Source: Eledone cirrhosa (taxonomy: Eukaryota). From it: a stretch of 64,000 nt of DNA. A model generated the notes under the pieces. It had not been told where the DNA came from and searched no databases. It saw nothing but the letters and a program-made list of their open reading frames with translations. This document shows positions 24,557 to 38,714 of this stretch, piece by piece. The translations under genes were made by a program, and so were the position numbers. The stretch lies in the NCBI GenBank assembly GCA_964016885.1, contig OZ024744.1:103540001-103604000 (forward strand), read 5' to 3'. Every line of letters begins with the position of its first letter. Within the stretch, counting starts at the first letter, position 1.

Positions 24557-26053
24557 TCTATACATATATATAAAACTGAAATTGTCTGTGTGTGTCCCTT
24601 AATTTTTGCAAAGTCTATACAAATCCACATTTCTACTCCGATTGACTTCAAACTTGCATTTATATACTCCTTGCGGTCTAAAGATATTAACTGCAGCTTT
24701 TATTTTTCAATTTTCTGTTGTTAAAGGGGTGTTAGGCGCTGATTAGCGATCTCTCTCTCTCTTTCTTAGTCTTTATTTTTAGATAGATACATAGCTATAA
24801 CGTCATGCCCTTATAATATCTGTCTGTAAGTATGGTTGTCTGCATTACGACATTATGAAAAGATTGTTCTCTTTGCTGACGTATTATCTTCACTATTTTC
24901 CGTTCATTGCCAGGGAACGTCTTCACGAACCAAAATATCGTCTTCCTGTTTTGTTTTGGTTGCAACGTTTTCCAAAATATTTACTTCTGCGTTCACAGAT
25001 TGATTTTTTTAGTTTCAGAAGATTCCGTTAAGGGTGAAAGCAGCGATTCTTTGCTTAAACTTTAATCTGTTATTTTAATATATATATATATATATAGCGG
25101 ACGTAAAATGATGATGATGATGATATATATATATATAATTATATATTCGTGTACCGATAGTTTTGCATACACAAAAACAAAATATAAACAAACATATTTG
25201 TTTCATGAAAGCTTATCGTCATTGTTACTGCCGATATGCCACCCAAAAAGTCTCACTACTTTTGGCACAAGGCCAGCAATTAGATAGTCAACGGTTCGGA
25301 AATCACATGCATCACTGACGAGTTTACTCCTTACTCTACCAGTTAGTCTTAGTGTATTTTGTCCTGCTTTTAGGTCATGCCTCGAAGGAAGAGATATTCC
25401 ATTGGCCAAAATACTGCGAAAGCGGCAAGAAAAAGAACAAGGTGGGCAAACGAATCGTCAGTGGAATCTGCTATTCGACGGTCGCAAGATGCTGAATGTA
25501 CTGTCACCAGAAGAGCACTTGAAACAGACAACCAACGAACCATTCACCGAACCGTGTCAGCTTTACAATGTCTATCAACAAACCCCAGGGTCAGACCCTA
25601 GCTGTTGCTGGTCTTCTTTTGGAAGAGTCATGTTTTTCACACACGCAACTATACGTTGGTTGCTCAAGAGTGGGAAGCAAGACAAATCTCTTTGCATATG
25701 CCCAACACGGAAGAACAAGGAACATTGTGTACAAGGAGGTGCTACAATCATTGTTTAGGTAGATGAGGCAGAAGGGGATATACACGATTGGAGGAAGAAG
25801 GACGAGACTGTGTTAGTAGTACGACCAATGGCTGCTATCACACCAACAGCAGCAAAAACAACAACAAAAAAGAGAGGGAATGCAATTATATGCTTTTGAA
25901 AAATCTTAATGGAAAATGATTTGCCTAAGCACTAAATGTAGACATCAACCCCAGGCCGAGGTATTCTGTACTTCTCTGTATTGTTTCAGAAAGGAGGGAT
26001 AAACATGCCAATCTATTTTTAGAAGCCTGAGCAACGCTGGGCCATTCTGCTAG
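24557..26053 (+). mobile_element. Internally deleted Helitron
   Basis: 5' TCTATACATATATATAAAACTG; RepHel-like N-terminus MPRRKRYSIG..; helicase C-terminus SINKPQGQTL..CFSHTQLYVGCSRVG..TRNIVYKEVL; degenerate hairpin plus CTAG. Confidence 0.85.
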
Positions 26054-26119
26054 ATTATATATATATTTAAAACATATTTGTTATGTTATTCTACTGTAAA
26101 TTTATTTTAACATGACGCT

Positions 26120-27060
26120 TACAGCACACCGCAAAGGTGTGTTTGCTACCTGTCTCTGACTCAATCAGAGGAATTTTCCCCCCATCCAGCTAGGGGTGGG
26201 TACCAAGCTGGGATGTGAGGCTGCTGCCCACGCAACCAGAGGCTTTATCAACTTGCCCTCCATGTCCCCCAGGGTCATCCTCAAACCTGACCTCAAGAAT
26301 GCCCCCAACTCAGTCAGCTGTGATGTCATCCTCAGCTCAGTAAGAGAGAAGATCCCACAACTCTACCACTTTGTTTGGTAGGCTTATTGGGAGCCCTCCT
26401 ACCTCCCTTTTGGTGACCAAAATCATCTCTGCACTGGGATTGATGACATCACCAAGATGGGGGGGTAGAGTTGGACCTCAACATCTGGTATCTCGATGAC
26501 GCTTGTTTGGGAGGACCTCCAGATAGGGTTCTCGCCACTGTTAACAAATTGATTGAGGAGCTTGGCTGTCGGGGTTTCCAGATCAATAGCTCCAAATGTC
26601 AGCTATGGATCCTCAACCACCTGGCTTCTCAACATCAACAGACAATTGACTTGTTTACTGAGTCCTTCTCTTCCATTGCGGTCCCTGTTGGCTTGGTGCT
26701 CCTTAACAGCCCTAATTACAGACCTTGCCTTCGAGTCAATCTTTCAATCGAAGATGGTTGGCCTGAGTAATTGTTGAAGGATATTGAGGCAATTGAGCGC
26801 CATCAAGGTTTTTTTTATACTCAGGAATTACCTATTGATTCCTAAGCCACTATATATGCTCAGGGTCAGCTCTTCTCACAGATTTCCATCATGCCTCCAA
26901 AGCTTCAACGACCTAATCATCAAGAGACTCGAGTGTTTGGTCAATGTCAGATTCTCTCCAGGGTCCTGTGATCAAGCTGTATTGCCCAAGCTATTTGGGA
27001 GTCTTGGTCTTCGTAAGTGTTCGTCCCTCTCTCTCCCCTGCCTCCTTTCTTCTATTCACT
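26120..27060 (+). mobile_element. Second CRE-clade RT fragment
   Basis: Paralogous to 22730-23560 (QLGVG, WYLDD, FGSLGLR). Confidence 0.85.
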
Positions 27061-27079
27061 ATAACTTTAACTATAATAA

Positions 27080-27290
27080 ATAAGAGAGGCAGGGAACTGA
27101 AATCTTGAGAATTTGAATGACAGTTCAGTAGAGGAAGGCATAAGAGGAATCTTGGGAATAAATGCATTTTCTCCTTGATGATTACCTCCTAGAATAGTGA
27201 CCTCTAGGAGATGGTTCATCATCATCCTGGCTGTAAAGTGTATGCCATTGCATAGAAGTACCAGGTCCACTTTTCTCAAAAGGATGGAAG
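27080..27290 (-). pseudogene. Helitron helicase fragment
   Basis: LCNG..LLEVTILGGNHQGENAFIPKIPLMPS..FKFSRFQFP. Confidence 0.8.
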
Positions 27291-28313
27291 TTCAAATCTT
27301 TTATAGTATATGTAGATATTGATATATAGATATAGATATTGTATATAAATGTGTGAGTGAATGCACACATGCGCGCGTGTGTAAACCAGTGTCCGAATAG
27401 TATGTTTAATTCTCTGTGTATCTGATTAAGTATTTACATCATGTGTGTATGTAACTTACTAAGGCATAACATGTAATGAACATGCAAACACACACACTCA
27501 CAGACACATACACACTCCTATACAAAATGTGATGTCGTGTTATAAAATATGTTTACTTTAGTTGTCTGTAGTAGATTATTTTAGATAAAGTGTTATATTT
27601 TAATCCAAATGAAAAAAATTATATGTTGTTACTTCCGGGGTCTTATACTACTTTGTAAAATTTGATTTGATTTGGTCAAGCTGTTTTGGAATGCATATGC
27701 AAAATGGCCATGAATTCAAATTTTGAAAAAAGAGGAAAAGGGACAAGTGAACTATGAACTTGATACATCTCACTGCCCCCTGCCACCACAATAACGTCTA
27801 CACTCGCTCCCCACCACCACCACATAAGTCATTACCCTATCTACACTAAGGTGGCTGACCTGTTGATAAACTCCTTTCTCTGTGTTGAATGTGTGTGTAT
27901 ATATATGTATGTGTGTGTATAGATGTATATATATATCTCAGTCGATTCGACCAGATTTCAACACAGCAACAACAACAACAGCAACTACAACAACATATAT
28001 ATATATGACCTCGATGTCACGTGATTGATTCTTTTGAATTCGCCACCGACTAAGTAGGCAGTGATTTTTTTCAATGTCCTGGAATCTAGTCCTCGCTTGC
28101 TTTTTTCCATCCACTGAATTATTTTTGTATAAGTTCCCTGTGTCCACGCTTTGGATAGGAACTTAGCTGAGAACAGATCTCCCTGATGACGAAAGGATAT
28201 TTCTCCATGTTGTTCCAATCGGAAACCATGTTTATTCCCTTTCAGAGACTAATTAGTTGGAGTGAAATTTTAGTAAGTAAGTAAATTTTTATAATTTTCT
28301 TATTTTACGTCTT

Positions 28314-29290
28314 TCATCATCATCATCATCATCATCGGGTTTAGCGTCCGTGTTCCACGCTTGCATGGGTTTGGACGGGGGTTTTCCCACTTGAGGCAAG
28401 AGTGGTTGTCTTGCTCGCATAGGACTGTCTGGCGGGTTTTCTACAGCTGGATGCCCTTCCTAACACCAACCACATTTACAGTGTGGGGCTGGGAGGTTTT
28501 TACTGTGTTGCCTACACGGCCACATTACAGCATGGACTGTCTGGCGGGTTTTCTACAGCTGGATGCCCTTCCTAACACCAACCACATTTACAGTGTGGGG
28601 CTGGGAGGTTTTTACCGTGTTGCCTACACGGCCACATTTACAGCGTGGACTGTGTGTTTTTTTGTCGTGACACCTACACGATCTCATTTGTTTCGGTCTG
28701 GATGTTGTGGGACCAACATAACTTTACATTGAAAGGGGCGGTGTGGATGGGGTGGAGGTGGTGGGACGGGGGTGTGTTTTGATAGAAATGCCTACTGACT
28801 GTAGTAGGTTTTTACTTTGTATTTAGGTAAGGCGGGTCTTCTCTATTACTGAGTACCGCCAAAGGTCTCGGTCCAGTGACATTGTCTTGGAGAGGTGTAA
28901 GCGTGTGAGGTCGGAATTTATCATGTCGTCCCAGGTTTTTCTGGGTCTGCCTACTCCGTGGCTACCGTCTATCTTTATTGCCCTGCACTTTGTTATACAG
29001 CTGTCGTCTTTCATGCGCATCACGTGACCGTACCAACGTAGCCTTCTCTCGAGTAAACAACATCTGATCCCTCTTATTTCAATTTTTTTCCTTAGTTCGT
29101 TTATGCTTTGCCGTTCACGTATATTACTATTGCACATCCAGCGGAGCATGCAAGCTTCGTTCCTCTCTAGTCTGCGTATATCCTCTGCACACAATGCCCA
29201 GGTCTCACTGCCATACAGCATTGCTGTTCGTATGCAGGCATCGTATAACCTGCCTTTCATTTTTAGGGAGAACCCTCTAGCGGCTAACAC
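28314..29290 (-). mobile_element. RTE LINE 3' fragment (family B) with 3' UTR and (GAT)n tail
   Basis: KGRLYDACIRTAMLYGSETW..RRLRWYGHVMR..GRPRKTW. Confidence 0.9.
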
Positions 29291-29447
29291 ATATATCTCA
29301 TTTGATGTGACCAGATTTCAACACAGCAACAGCAAAACTACAACACCAACTACAACAACAACATCAACAACACCATTGTCTGTGTTGAATATGTGTGTAT
29401 GTATATATATATTTGTATATATATATGTATATATATTACACACGCGA

Positions 29448-29785
29448 AGCTTAGTGGTTAGAGCATTGGCCTTGCAATCGAAAGGTTGTGAGTTCAATTC
29501 TCAGACCGGGTGATGTGTTGTTTCCTTGAGCAAGACACTTTATTTCACATTGCTCCAGTTTACTCAGCTGTAGAAATGAGATGATAGGGACTGAGGTCCC
29601 TATCATTCCACTGCAAAGTGGTCGTGGAGGTGCCACGGCAAAAAAGCACCCAGCACTCACTGTAAATGAGGTTGGTGTTAGGAAGGGCATCCAGCTGTAG
29701 AAATCAAGCCAATATCAGTTCCCGTCCCACCCTTGCAAGCAGGGAAAAAGCGAACGTAAAATGAAATGATGATGATGATGATGAT
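29448..29785 (+). mobile_element. tRNA-derived SINE with RTE-type 3' tail
   Basis: A box TAGTGGTTAG and B box GAGTTCAATTC; the 3' end CCCACCCTTGCAAGCAGGGAAA..CGTAAAATG..(GAT)n matches the RTE end at 48270-48320. Confidence 0.8.
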
Positions 29786-29992
29786 GAAGCGACCAAATTT
29801 CAAAATTTCAACCCAGCGACTACAACAACAACAGCAACTGCAACAACAACAGCAACAACACCATTGTCTGTGTTGAATGTGTGTGTATGTATGTATATAT
29901 ATATGTGTATATATATTACACACGCGAAGCGACCAACAACAGCAACAACACCATTGCCAGCAGCAGCAGCAGTGAAATGAACAACAACAACG

Positions 29993-30023
<31 letters not shown>

Positions 30024-30419
30024 CAACGACAGCAACAACAACAACTGCCATCACCATCACTGACACCATCCACCACCACCATCACCAGCAATCAGGCCTT
30101 AAGAAGAAAACAACTGTAATACTAAATAACTATTCTGTTCTTGGCACAGAACAGCGATTGTCCCAGTGCATTGCTGGTGTGTTGTTTTGGGCCCGGAGCG
30201 TGGAGGGCCGTTGCTCTATGCTGTAAAGCAAACAATTATTATTATTATATAAAAACTTAACTGTAAAAGTCAACAGTTGACATGATCTTGTATCAGTACT
30301 GACGGTAATATATGAATGTGTGTGTGAGTGGCGTGTGTGTGTTTGTATGCATGAGTGTTGGTGTGTGAGTAAGTGTGTGTGTGCCATGAGTGTCAATAAG
30401 TGGTGTTTTTTTGGGTTTT

Positions 30420-32885
30420 TTTTACGTTATGACCATGTTGTAAAATGGAAGGGTAGAGAAGGCCCATGAGTCCAGTAAGACATCCTCTCTAGTGGTGGTG
30501 GCATGAATAAAAGCACCCAGTCCATGCTGTAAAGTAGCACTGGTGTTAAGAACGGCATCCAACCAGTGTATCAATGCCAAAACAATTATGATCACAGCAA
30601 CAAATATATAGGAACAACAAAAATATGAAGACATCGCATCTCAGAGTTGCAACACTTAATGTTGGCACTCTCACAGGTAAATGTGGTGAAATAGTGGAGA
30701 TGCTGGAGAGAAGGCATGTGGATGTGTGCTGTGTGCAAGAGGTGAGATGGGGAGGTGCCTCTGCGAGACTAGTTGCAGACAAACATCTTAACTATAAGCT
30801 TTTCTGGGTAGGTAAGGATGATGGGTTAGAGGGAGTAGGCATTTTCCTGGCTGAGAGATGGATTAATAAGACAATAGAGGTAGTTCGAGTTAATAATCGA
30901 ATAATTAAGCTTAGATTAGTTGTAGGCAGGAGACTACTGACAATCATCTCTGCCTATGCTCCCCAAGCAGGCCTAGGCAAAGAAGAGAAAGACTGCTTTT
31001 ACGAGCAACTTTTACAAACAACCGCAATGACAAAGGACAGAGACATCGTTATGTTAACAGGGGACTTCAATGGTCATGTTGGACAGCTCCAGGATGGTTA
31101 CACTGGGGTACATGGTGGGCACGGTTACTGCTCAAGAAATGAAGGAGTGAGACTTCTTGAATTTTGTGATGCAAGTACACTGACTATTTGCAACACTAAC
31201 TTCCAAAAACCTGCCAGAACGAATGGGAGAGAGAAATTACCCTCAGTAGATCCGACAGAGGGACCACCTATTGACGAATATAGGGTCCAAGAGGTGATTA
31301 AGGAAATGAAAATTGGTAAGGCTGCTGCCCGTCGGGGATAGTTGCTGAGATGCTGAAGGCATCAGGGGGTGTATGCACTAAACTGGTTGCACGCATCATC
31401 AATCAGGCTATATATGGTGGTGTCATACCCAAAGACTGGTGCAGCAGTATTCTCATAAATTGCTACAAAGGTAAAGAGGATGCTCTGGAGAGGAGCAATT
31501 ATAGGGGTATGAAACTGATAGATCAGATTATGATAGTGGTAGAAAGGATATTAGCACAACTAATTAGATAAAGGGTTAAACTAGATGAGATGCAGTTTGG
31601 TTTTGTGCCTCGGAAAAGTACAACAGATACCCTCTTCTTGGTGAGACAATTACAAGAGCCGTTCTTTGAGAAGAATAAGCCACTATACTTAGCCTTTGTT
31701 GACCTAGAGAAGGCCTTTGATAGGGAACCCCAATCTGTCATCTGGTGGTCCCTAAGGAAACTAGGTGTTGAGAATGGCTTCTGAGGACAGTGCAAACTTT
31801 GTACAGAGGTGCTGTCAGTAAAGTCAGGGTAGGAATGGAGTTTAGTGAGGAATTCCAGATACAAGTAGGAGTCCATCAAGGTTCGGTCCTCAGCCCGCTC
31901 TAGTTCATTATAGTCCTCCAAGCCATAACAGAGGAGTTTAAGACTGGCTGTCCATGGGAACTTCTCTATACTGACGATCTGGTTCTTATAGTAGAATCAG
32001 TAGAGGAGCTAGAGAATAAATTCTGGTTATGGAAACAGCAGTTGGAAGCAAGAGGACTGAGAGTGAACCTAGCTAAGACAAAAGTGTTGATGAGTAGAAA
32101 AGAGGACAAAACTCTGATTCCGTTAGGGAAATGGCCATGTTCGATATGCAGAAAAGGAACTGGCATAAATTCTATAAAATGCACACAATGCAGTTCCTGG
32201 GTACACAAGAGATGTAGTGGGATAGCAGGCAAACTAACAGGTAGGGAGAAATATGTATGCAGTAGATGTACAGGGAAATTAGACAGTAGAAGTCACATTG
32301 ATAGACACATTTTTCAAATGCAGGCGGTTCTATAGAAGTGGTGGATAGCTTCCGGTACCTAGGAGGTCAGATTAGCATGGGAGGGGGATATTCCGAGGCC
32401 ATAGCATCTAGAATAAGGACGGGTTGGAAGAAGTTTAGAGAGCTGCTTCCTCTACTGATGCAGAAGGTTTCTCCCTGCGTACGAAAGGCCGGTTATATGA
32501 TGCCTGTGTGAGGAGCGCGATGCTGCATGGTAGTGAGACATGGGCAGCAACTGCAGAGGATATGCGACGGCTGGAGAGAAATGAGGCAAGCATGCTCCGT
32601 TGGATGTGCGTGAATGACCCAGCATGGTTGTGTTGAGAGAAAAACTGTGTCTGAGAGGGATAGAATGTAGTGTGCGAGAGAGGAGACTGCGGTGGTATGG
32701 ACATGTGATACGCATGGGGGATGACTGATGGGTGAAGAAGTGCCAGGAAATGCCAGTTGAAGGAAGATGTGGTAGAGGTAGACCTCGAAAAACTTGGGCG
32801 GAGTTGGTGAGAACAGACCTTAGATCGCTGAAGCTCACGGTGGAGATGACGAAGAACCGTGACAAGTGGAGAGATGCTGTGCTAT
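30420..32885 (+). mobile_element. RTE LINE (family A), internally deleted and degenerate
   Basis: APE endonuclease (RVATLNVGTL, VQEVRW, GDFNGHVG) and RT; junction at ~31219 lacks ~740 bp relative to the 48-51 kb copy. Confidence 0.92.
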
Positions 32886-33247
32886 ATAATATCAATAATA
32901 TTAATAAATGGAAAATATCTTTATAAAACAATATTTATTTTATTATACACTTTTCAAGGGTACCAATATAAAGGTACCAATTAGCGTAGAAATAAAAATT
33001 ATTTTAACTGAACGTAATACTCTTATTGAATTTAACAATGATCTCTGGACCAGGGCTGATAGACAGCACAATTTCGATATCACAATGGGCTCGTCTGATT
33101 CAGCTCAGGTAACAGACTTGGTTGGAATATTCATTCTTAATGCATTACTTAGGAAACTGCCGGAAATTCCCGGAGGTTTATATCGTGATGATGCGTTATT
33201 TATAGTTGATAAACATAACAATAGTGGACTTAGCAGAAAAAAGAAAA

Positions 33248-35936
33248 TTATCATCATTATCTTCGTTTAACGTCTATCTTCCACACTAGCATTGGTTAGA
33301 TGGGAGTTGTCCCACTTGAGGCAAGGTTGGTCGGAAGACCATGTCTCGCTCATATAGGACTATCTGTCAGGTTTTCTACGGCTGGATGCTCTTCCTAACA
33401 CCAACCACATTTACAGTATGGAACTGGGAACTTTTTACCGTATTACATGGACTGTGTGTTTTTTCACCTACACGATCTCGATCTTATTATCTCATTTATT
33501 TGAACTGGATGTTGTGGTACCAACTTTACAGAGAGAGGGTGGTGTTAATGGGAGTGGGAGGATAGGTTAGGGCTAGTGGATTGGGGTGTATATTTGGTTA
33601 AGAGGTGTCTACTGACTAGGTTTCGCTTTGTACATAGGCAAGGCGGGTCTTCTGTATTACTGCGTATCGCCAAAGATCTCGGAACAGTGACACTGTCTTA
33701 GAGAGGTGCAGGTGAGTAAGGTCGGAATTTATCAAATCGTCCCAGGTTTTTCTGGGTCTACCTACTCCGTAACTACATCAATTTTGATCGCCCTACACTT
33801 TTTGATACAGCTGTTGTCTTTCATGAGCATCACGTGACCATACCAACGTAGTCTTCTCTCAAGTAAACAGCATCTGATCCCTCTTATTCCTAATTTCTCA
33901 CTTAGTTCATTTATGCTTTCCCGTTCATGTACATTACTATTACACATCCAACGGAGCATGCATGCTTCGTTCCTTTCCAGTCTACACAGGTCCTCTGCAC
34001 GTAATGCCCATGTCTCACTGCCATGTAGCATTGCTGTTCGTATACAGGCATCATATAATCTGCGTTCCATTTTCAGAGAGAAATCTTTTGAGGTCAACAC
34101 CGGTATAAGCTCTCTGAACTTTTTCCATCCCGTTCTGACTCTGGCTACTGTACTTTCAGAGCTCTCTCCACCACTGCTGATTTTGTCGCCTAGGTAACGG
34201 AAAGTGTCTACTATTTCTATAGAACCATCTGGGCAGTAGAAGGAGCTAGTATCCTGTGGGCACTTGCTACTTATTGCACCTGAGCATTGGCCACATATAA
34301 AGTCTACGTTCTTAGATAGTTTACCTGTGATCCCACTACACCTTTTATGTACTCACACTTTGCATTTGGGACATAAAATGGAATTTCTGCCTACTGCTTT
34401 CTTACAGACTGAGCATGGCCATTTCCCTGAGGGCACTTGTACCCTATTTTCCTTTCTACAAACTAGAACTTTAGTCTTAGACAAGTTAACTTTAACCCTT
34501 TAGCATTTGCATTAATTTTCAAACGTTAAGCTTATCTATTCGCATTATTTTCAGTATCGGTAGGGGGTCGGATGCCATGCTTTGATACATAGAGTTACGG
34601 CCCTTTCCAATCTGAGTTCAAATCCCGCCAAAGTTAACTTTGCCTTTCATCCTTACGGGGTAGAAACAATTATTTTCAGTTAATCATACTCAAGAGGGTT
34701 ATCAATTTTATTTGTTTGTAATTTCCTTAATTTTGTATCTGCAGGCTTGAAATTTTGTCAGTAGATGTTTAAATATCAATAATTCACAATTATATAATTT
34801 TACCTGATTTTTTTGGTCAAATTTGACTTTTATGGGCAGGTGAAATTAATTAATAGAGGCATTTGAAGTATCAACCAGGTGCAAATACTGGTTTAATTTT
34901 AAATGCGTAGTTTTCGGCATAATACTTGATATATAAGAATCACTAAACCTTATATCAGTGTTCCAGTAATTCCTCAGTCTTGGAAATTGTTTTATATCGA
35001 ACATAATATTTACGGTAAAAAATGCTTGCATTTCCGCAGCATCTATCGGTCGCCATAACAGATCGGGTTTTCCTTGATTTGAAATCTGTTGTTGGGCATA
35101 TCAGTTAATCTCTTCTGCCACAACTTCGAAGAAAGTTTGTGGTAAAAACAAAAAGAAATAATCCAGTGCTTTAGCATCGGGAGCCAATGTGTGTTGTGGA
35201 CCAGTATTTTGAATAAAATCTGGAATATATATTGGTGTGGTATTTTTCAACCACGTTGCTGTAATATTTTGCGCCCTGAAGACCTCCTTCATTTTCACTT
35301 TCAAAACAACAATCATCGTCGGACGAAATTTAAGAAATATAAACATCAGATTCATTTGAAGATAAATCACTAATATTATCGTTTGTTTCTTGTTTATTCT
35401 GAATGTCGTTGTGTGTAAAACCTTCAAAGTCGGTATCGCTACTTTCATAAGCCATGTTGATACTAAAAAAAAATTTGTTGCCCTTTCAAAGTTAAAGAAA
35501 CACTTGTTATTTTAAGTCGTTCCACTATATTAAGTGTTAATTTTCGCGGTAAGGGCCTAATCTCGCAGCAGTCTCGAATTGATGATATTTTGATGATGGT
35601 TTGTTTATTTTTAGAACGATTTTTTAGTGTGGGTGTTATTGGGCGATTTCGGGCGAACAAGGGGAAATAATTTTGGGCAGTTTGAACAGTAAAGGGTTAA
35701 GGCCGTTTGATTCTAGGTCATGCTTGCATGTTTGGAATTCCTTCTCTAGTTCAGCCATAGATTCAGCTATGAGAGTTAGATCATCTGCGTATAGGAGTTC
35801 CCATGGGCAGCTGGTCATAACCTCCTCTGTTATAGCCTGAAGGGCAATAATAAATAGGAGGGGGTTAAGGACAGAGCCTTGATGAACACCAAATTTTACA
35901 CTAAATTCTTCACAATATTCATTGTTAATTCTAACC
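33248..35936 (-). mobile_element. 5'-truncated RTE LINE (family B) interrupted by piggyBac
   Basis: GVHQGSVL, PWELLYADDL, LESNGLKVNLSKT rejoined across the insert; 3' UTR and tail near 33250. Confidence 0.9.
34496..35696 (-). mobile_element. piggyBac deletion derivative
   Basis: TTAA TSD on both sides, CCCTTTA..TAAAGGG termini, transposase N-terminus (ALDYFFLFLP..AEEIN*YAQQ, LRNYW, YLHLVD). Confidence 0.9.
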
Positions 35937-38714
35937 TATCATAGACTTTTTAAATAATTATGGCCTTAAATTAGAAATAGAAAAATTATTAATTTCTTAG
36001 ATGTTACACTAAATCTTAACTCAGACCTATATTACCCGTTCCATAAGATGAATGAAAACCTAAACTACGTTAGCTACTACTCTAACCACCCTAGAAATGT
36101 TAAAAAAGCTATATTTAATAGTGTCCAGCAAAGAATATCTAGACTTTCAGCTAATAAAAATATATTTGATAATAAAGCAGAATATTGCAATGACGCTCTA
36201 CACAGAGCTGAATACAATAATAAAATTAACTACATAGATAAGAATGGTGTACACCAACCTCCTAAAATTTACTATAATATTAATAATAAACAAATTAACC
36301 AAAATAATAAATCAAACAAAAAAGCTAGAACCAGAAATATTATTTGGTATTCTCCTCCAATTTAATTAGGAACTAAGACACCTTTAGCACACCAATTTTT
36401 AAAGGTTTTAGATAAATATTTTCCTAAATCCCATAAATACCACTCTATTTTTAACAGACATACAATCAAACTCTCTTACTCTACTACTATGAATATAGCA
36501 CAAAATATTAATAGAATTAATAATAGGAATTTAAAATTAAACTCAACCCAAATGAACCCTAATAGCAATAACAATATAACTAATAACATTATATATAATA
36601 ATAATAATCATACCGTTTCGGTAAACAACAATCTTAGAAAATGTAATTGCAGAAATAACATATCATGCCCTTTACAGAATAATTGCCTAGATACAAATTT
36701 AGTATACAAATGCACCATAAAAACTAGAGATAGATTATATAATTATATAGGAGCTACTTCTACAAAATTTAAGGACCTTTGGTATAATCATAAACATACT
36801 TTCAAATGAACGGACAACAAATTCTCAACCTCACTATCACAATTAACTTGGTCTTTAAAAGACAGTAATACTGACTATTCGATCTCTTGGCGAAGGATAT
36901 CGAAAGCACCTGTTTACCAGAATATGGCTCTCTCAAGAATTTGTCATCTCTATTGAAGAAATCTTTCATATAATTAGCAATCCTGGTAAAACAAAAAAAA
37001 AGGAAATATTTAATTCTTGCTTGCATCGGTTCTCCAGAACATTTCACAATATTTACAATTTATAGAAAATACTACACATGGCTTGTATAAGTTGCCTATG
37101 TACATCTTCGGTTGTATTTAAAAGTTCTTAAATTTATACATACAAATACTTAATATCAAATTTATACATAGATAATCTTATTGTTATCAAAATTTATAAT
37201 TAGAAAGTTTTATCTTTTTATTAATATCTAGACTATATTTACTATATGGTACTCTGAAATCATATATAAATTTGTACTTATATTATAATTATAATATAAA
37301 TTATAATTAATTATTAGGTTAAACATTAAATCTATATTCACGCATAACTATTTATGTACTAAATAAATGTTTTAATAACGTTATACAATAATCTCTTATA
37401 CTACAATACATTATATTTATAACTGCACTCATCATAATATTGAAATATACCTGCAAAATACATCCAATAGTATATATAAATACAGGGTATCTTTCACATA
37501 TTAAATTAATAGTTCTCAATTTAATACATTAATTTATAATTCTCACTTAAATATTATAAATACTTCCACATTTTTTTTTTTTTTTTTTTTATAAAATTAA
37601 ATAAATTTTTTTTTAGAAAATTAAATAAATAAAAATAAATATAATTATTTCAATCTTTCTATACCTATGTAAATATGTTTAGATGTATATATGCATATTT
37701 CTATAAATATTCGGAAAGTAACTTTAAATATTTTTTTTCTTCAATTTTAATAAATTATTTAAAATCTATCTAGCGTCTAAACTTAACGGTCCTTTTCAGT
37801 TTTAACGTTATCCCCATTAGCATATTTATCCTGAGTTTTGAATATTTATTCACTATCTACAATGAACTCATAACATTATCTATGTCACTATCGTTAAACC
37901 AAATATTGTATTTTATCTGACGAAAGCGTACCAAAATATACTTTATATAGCAGAGGTACTTAGGAATGTCTGTATATTCTTCCAAAGTAACACTATGCAG
38001 TAAAGTTGCAACTTCAGAATTCCTTACAAACTATATGACTAAGGAATTAATATATATTGTCATGAATGGGGAATTATGATATTGGTCATTCTAAAGCCTC
38101 TGGATAAACAACATTCTTGGTTTTGCTATGTGGGGCTTCAACAATAACGCACACATTTTTCCAACAATATGATTTTCCCAGGTATTGTTATATTTGTGGA
38201 GGGTCATGTTGTCTTAATATTTCCAAAATAATAATTTAGTTGGCAATCAATGTTTATCATTTATTGACCAACTGTTAAAATTTTAAATATAGATATAATT
38301 TCTCAAAGTTCTTTCATCACACATTTTTTCTGTGACATCTACAGTGATTTCCTCCCATTGTGTTTCTATAACATTTTTTTTGTTTTTGATTGCCAGCTAT
38401 TTATAAAAATATAAAGATATACTCAATTGAAGTGAAAACCAAACCAAACTGTGGGTGTGTTTTATTATTATTTTGGACAACATGACTCTCCCCAAATATA
38501 GCAATGTATGATTTCAAATCAAAAACCTTTCAAAATAAATACATGGATTTTCCCAGGGTTTGTTTGTAATATATATATCGTTAACTTTAGAGAGAGGAAA
38601 GGTTGCAGAACATCTACACACATATATATATATAGATATCTAACTTAAGTATGTTGACACGTACACACACACATATATATATATATATATGTCCCTAACT
38701 TAAGTACATTGAAT

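Larger units (their letters stand above)
32890..38000 (+). mobile_element. Penelope-like element (RT plus GIY-YIG plus AT-rich 3' region) split by an RTE insertion
   Basis: FDITMGSSDSAQVTDLVG..GGLYRDDAL (33070-33200); resumes at 35936 with SNHPRNVKK, CNCR..CPL..LVYKC..YIGAT. Confidence 0.85.

Noticed and set aside
28010-28260. Possible Merlin/IS1595-like transposase C-terminal remnant
   Set aside because: Similarity too weak to call by eye.
29448-29510. tRNA gene
   Set aside because: A/B boxes are present but no convincing cloverleaf; it continues into a SINE body and RTE tail.
37910-37950. CTGACGA hammerhead start at the PLE 3' region
   Set aside because: No matching stem II/GAAA downstream; at best a truncated relic.
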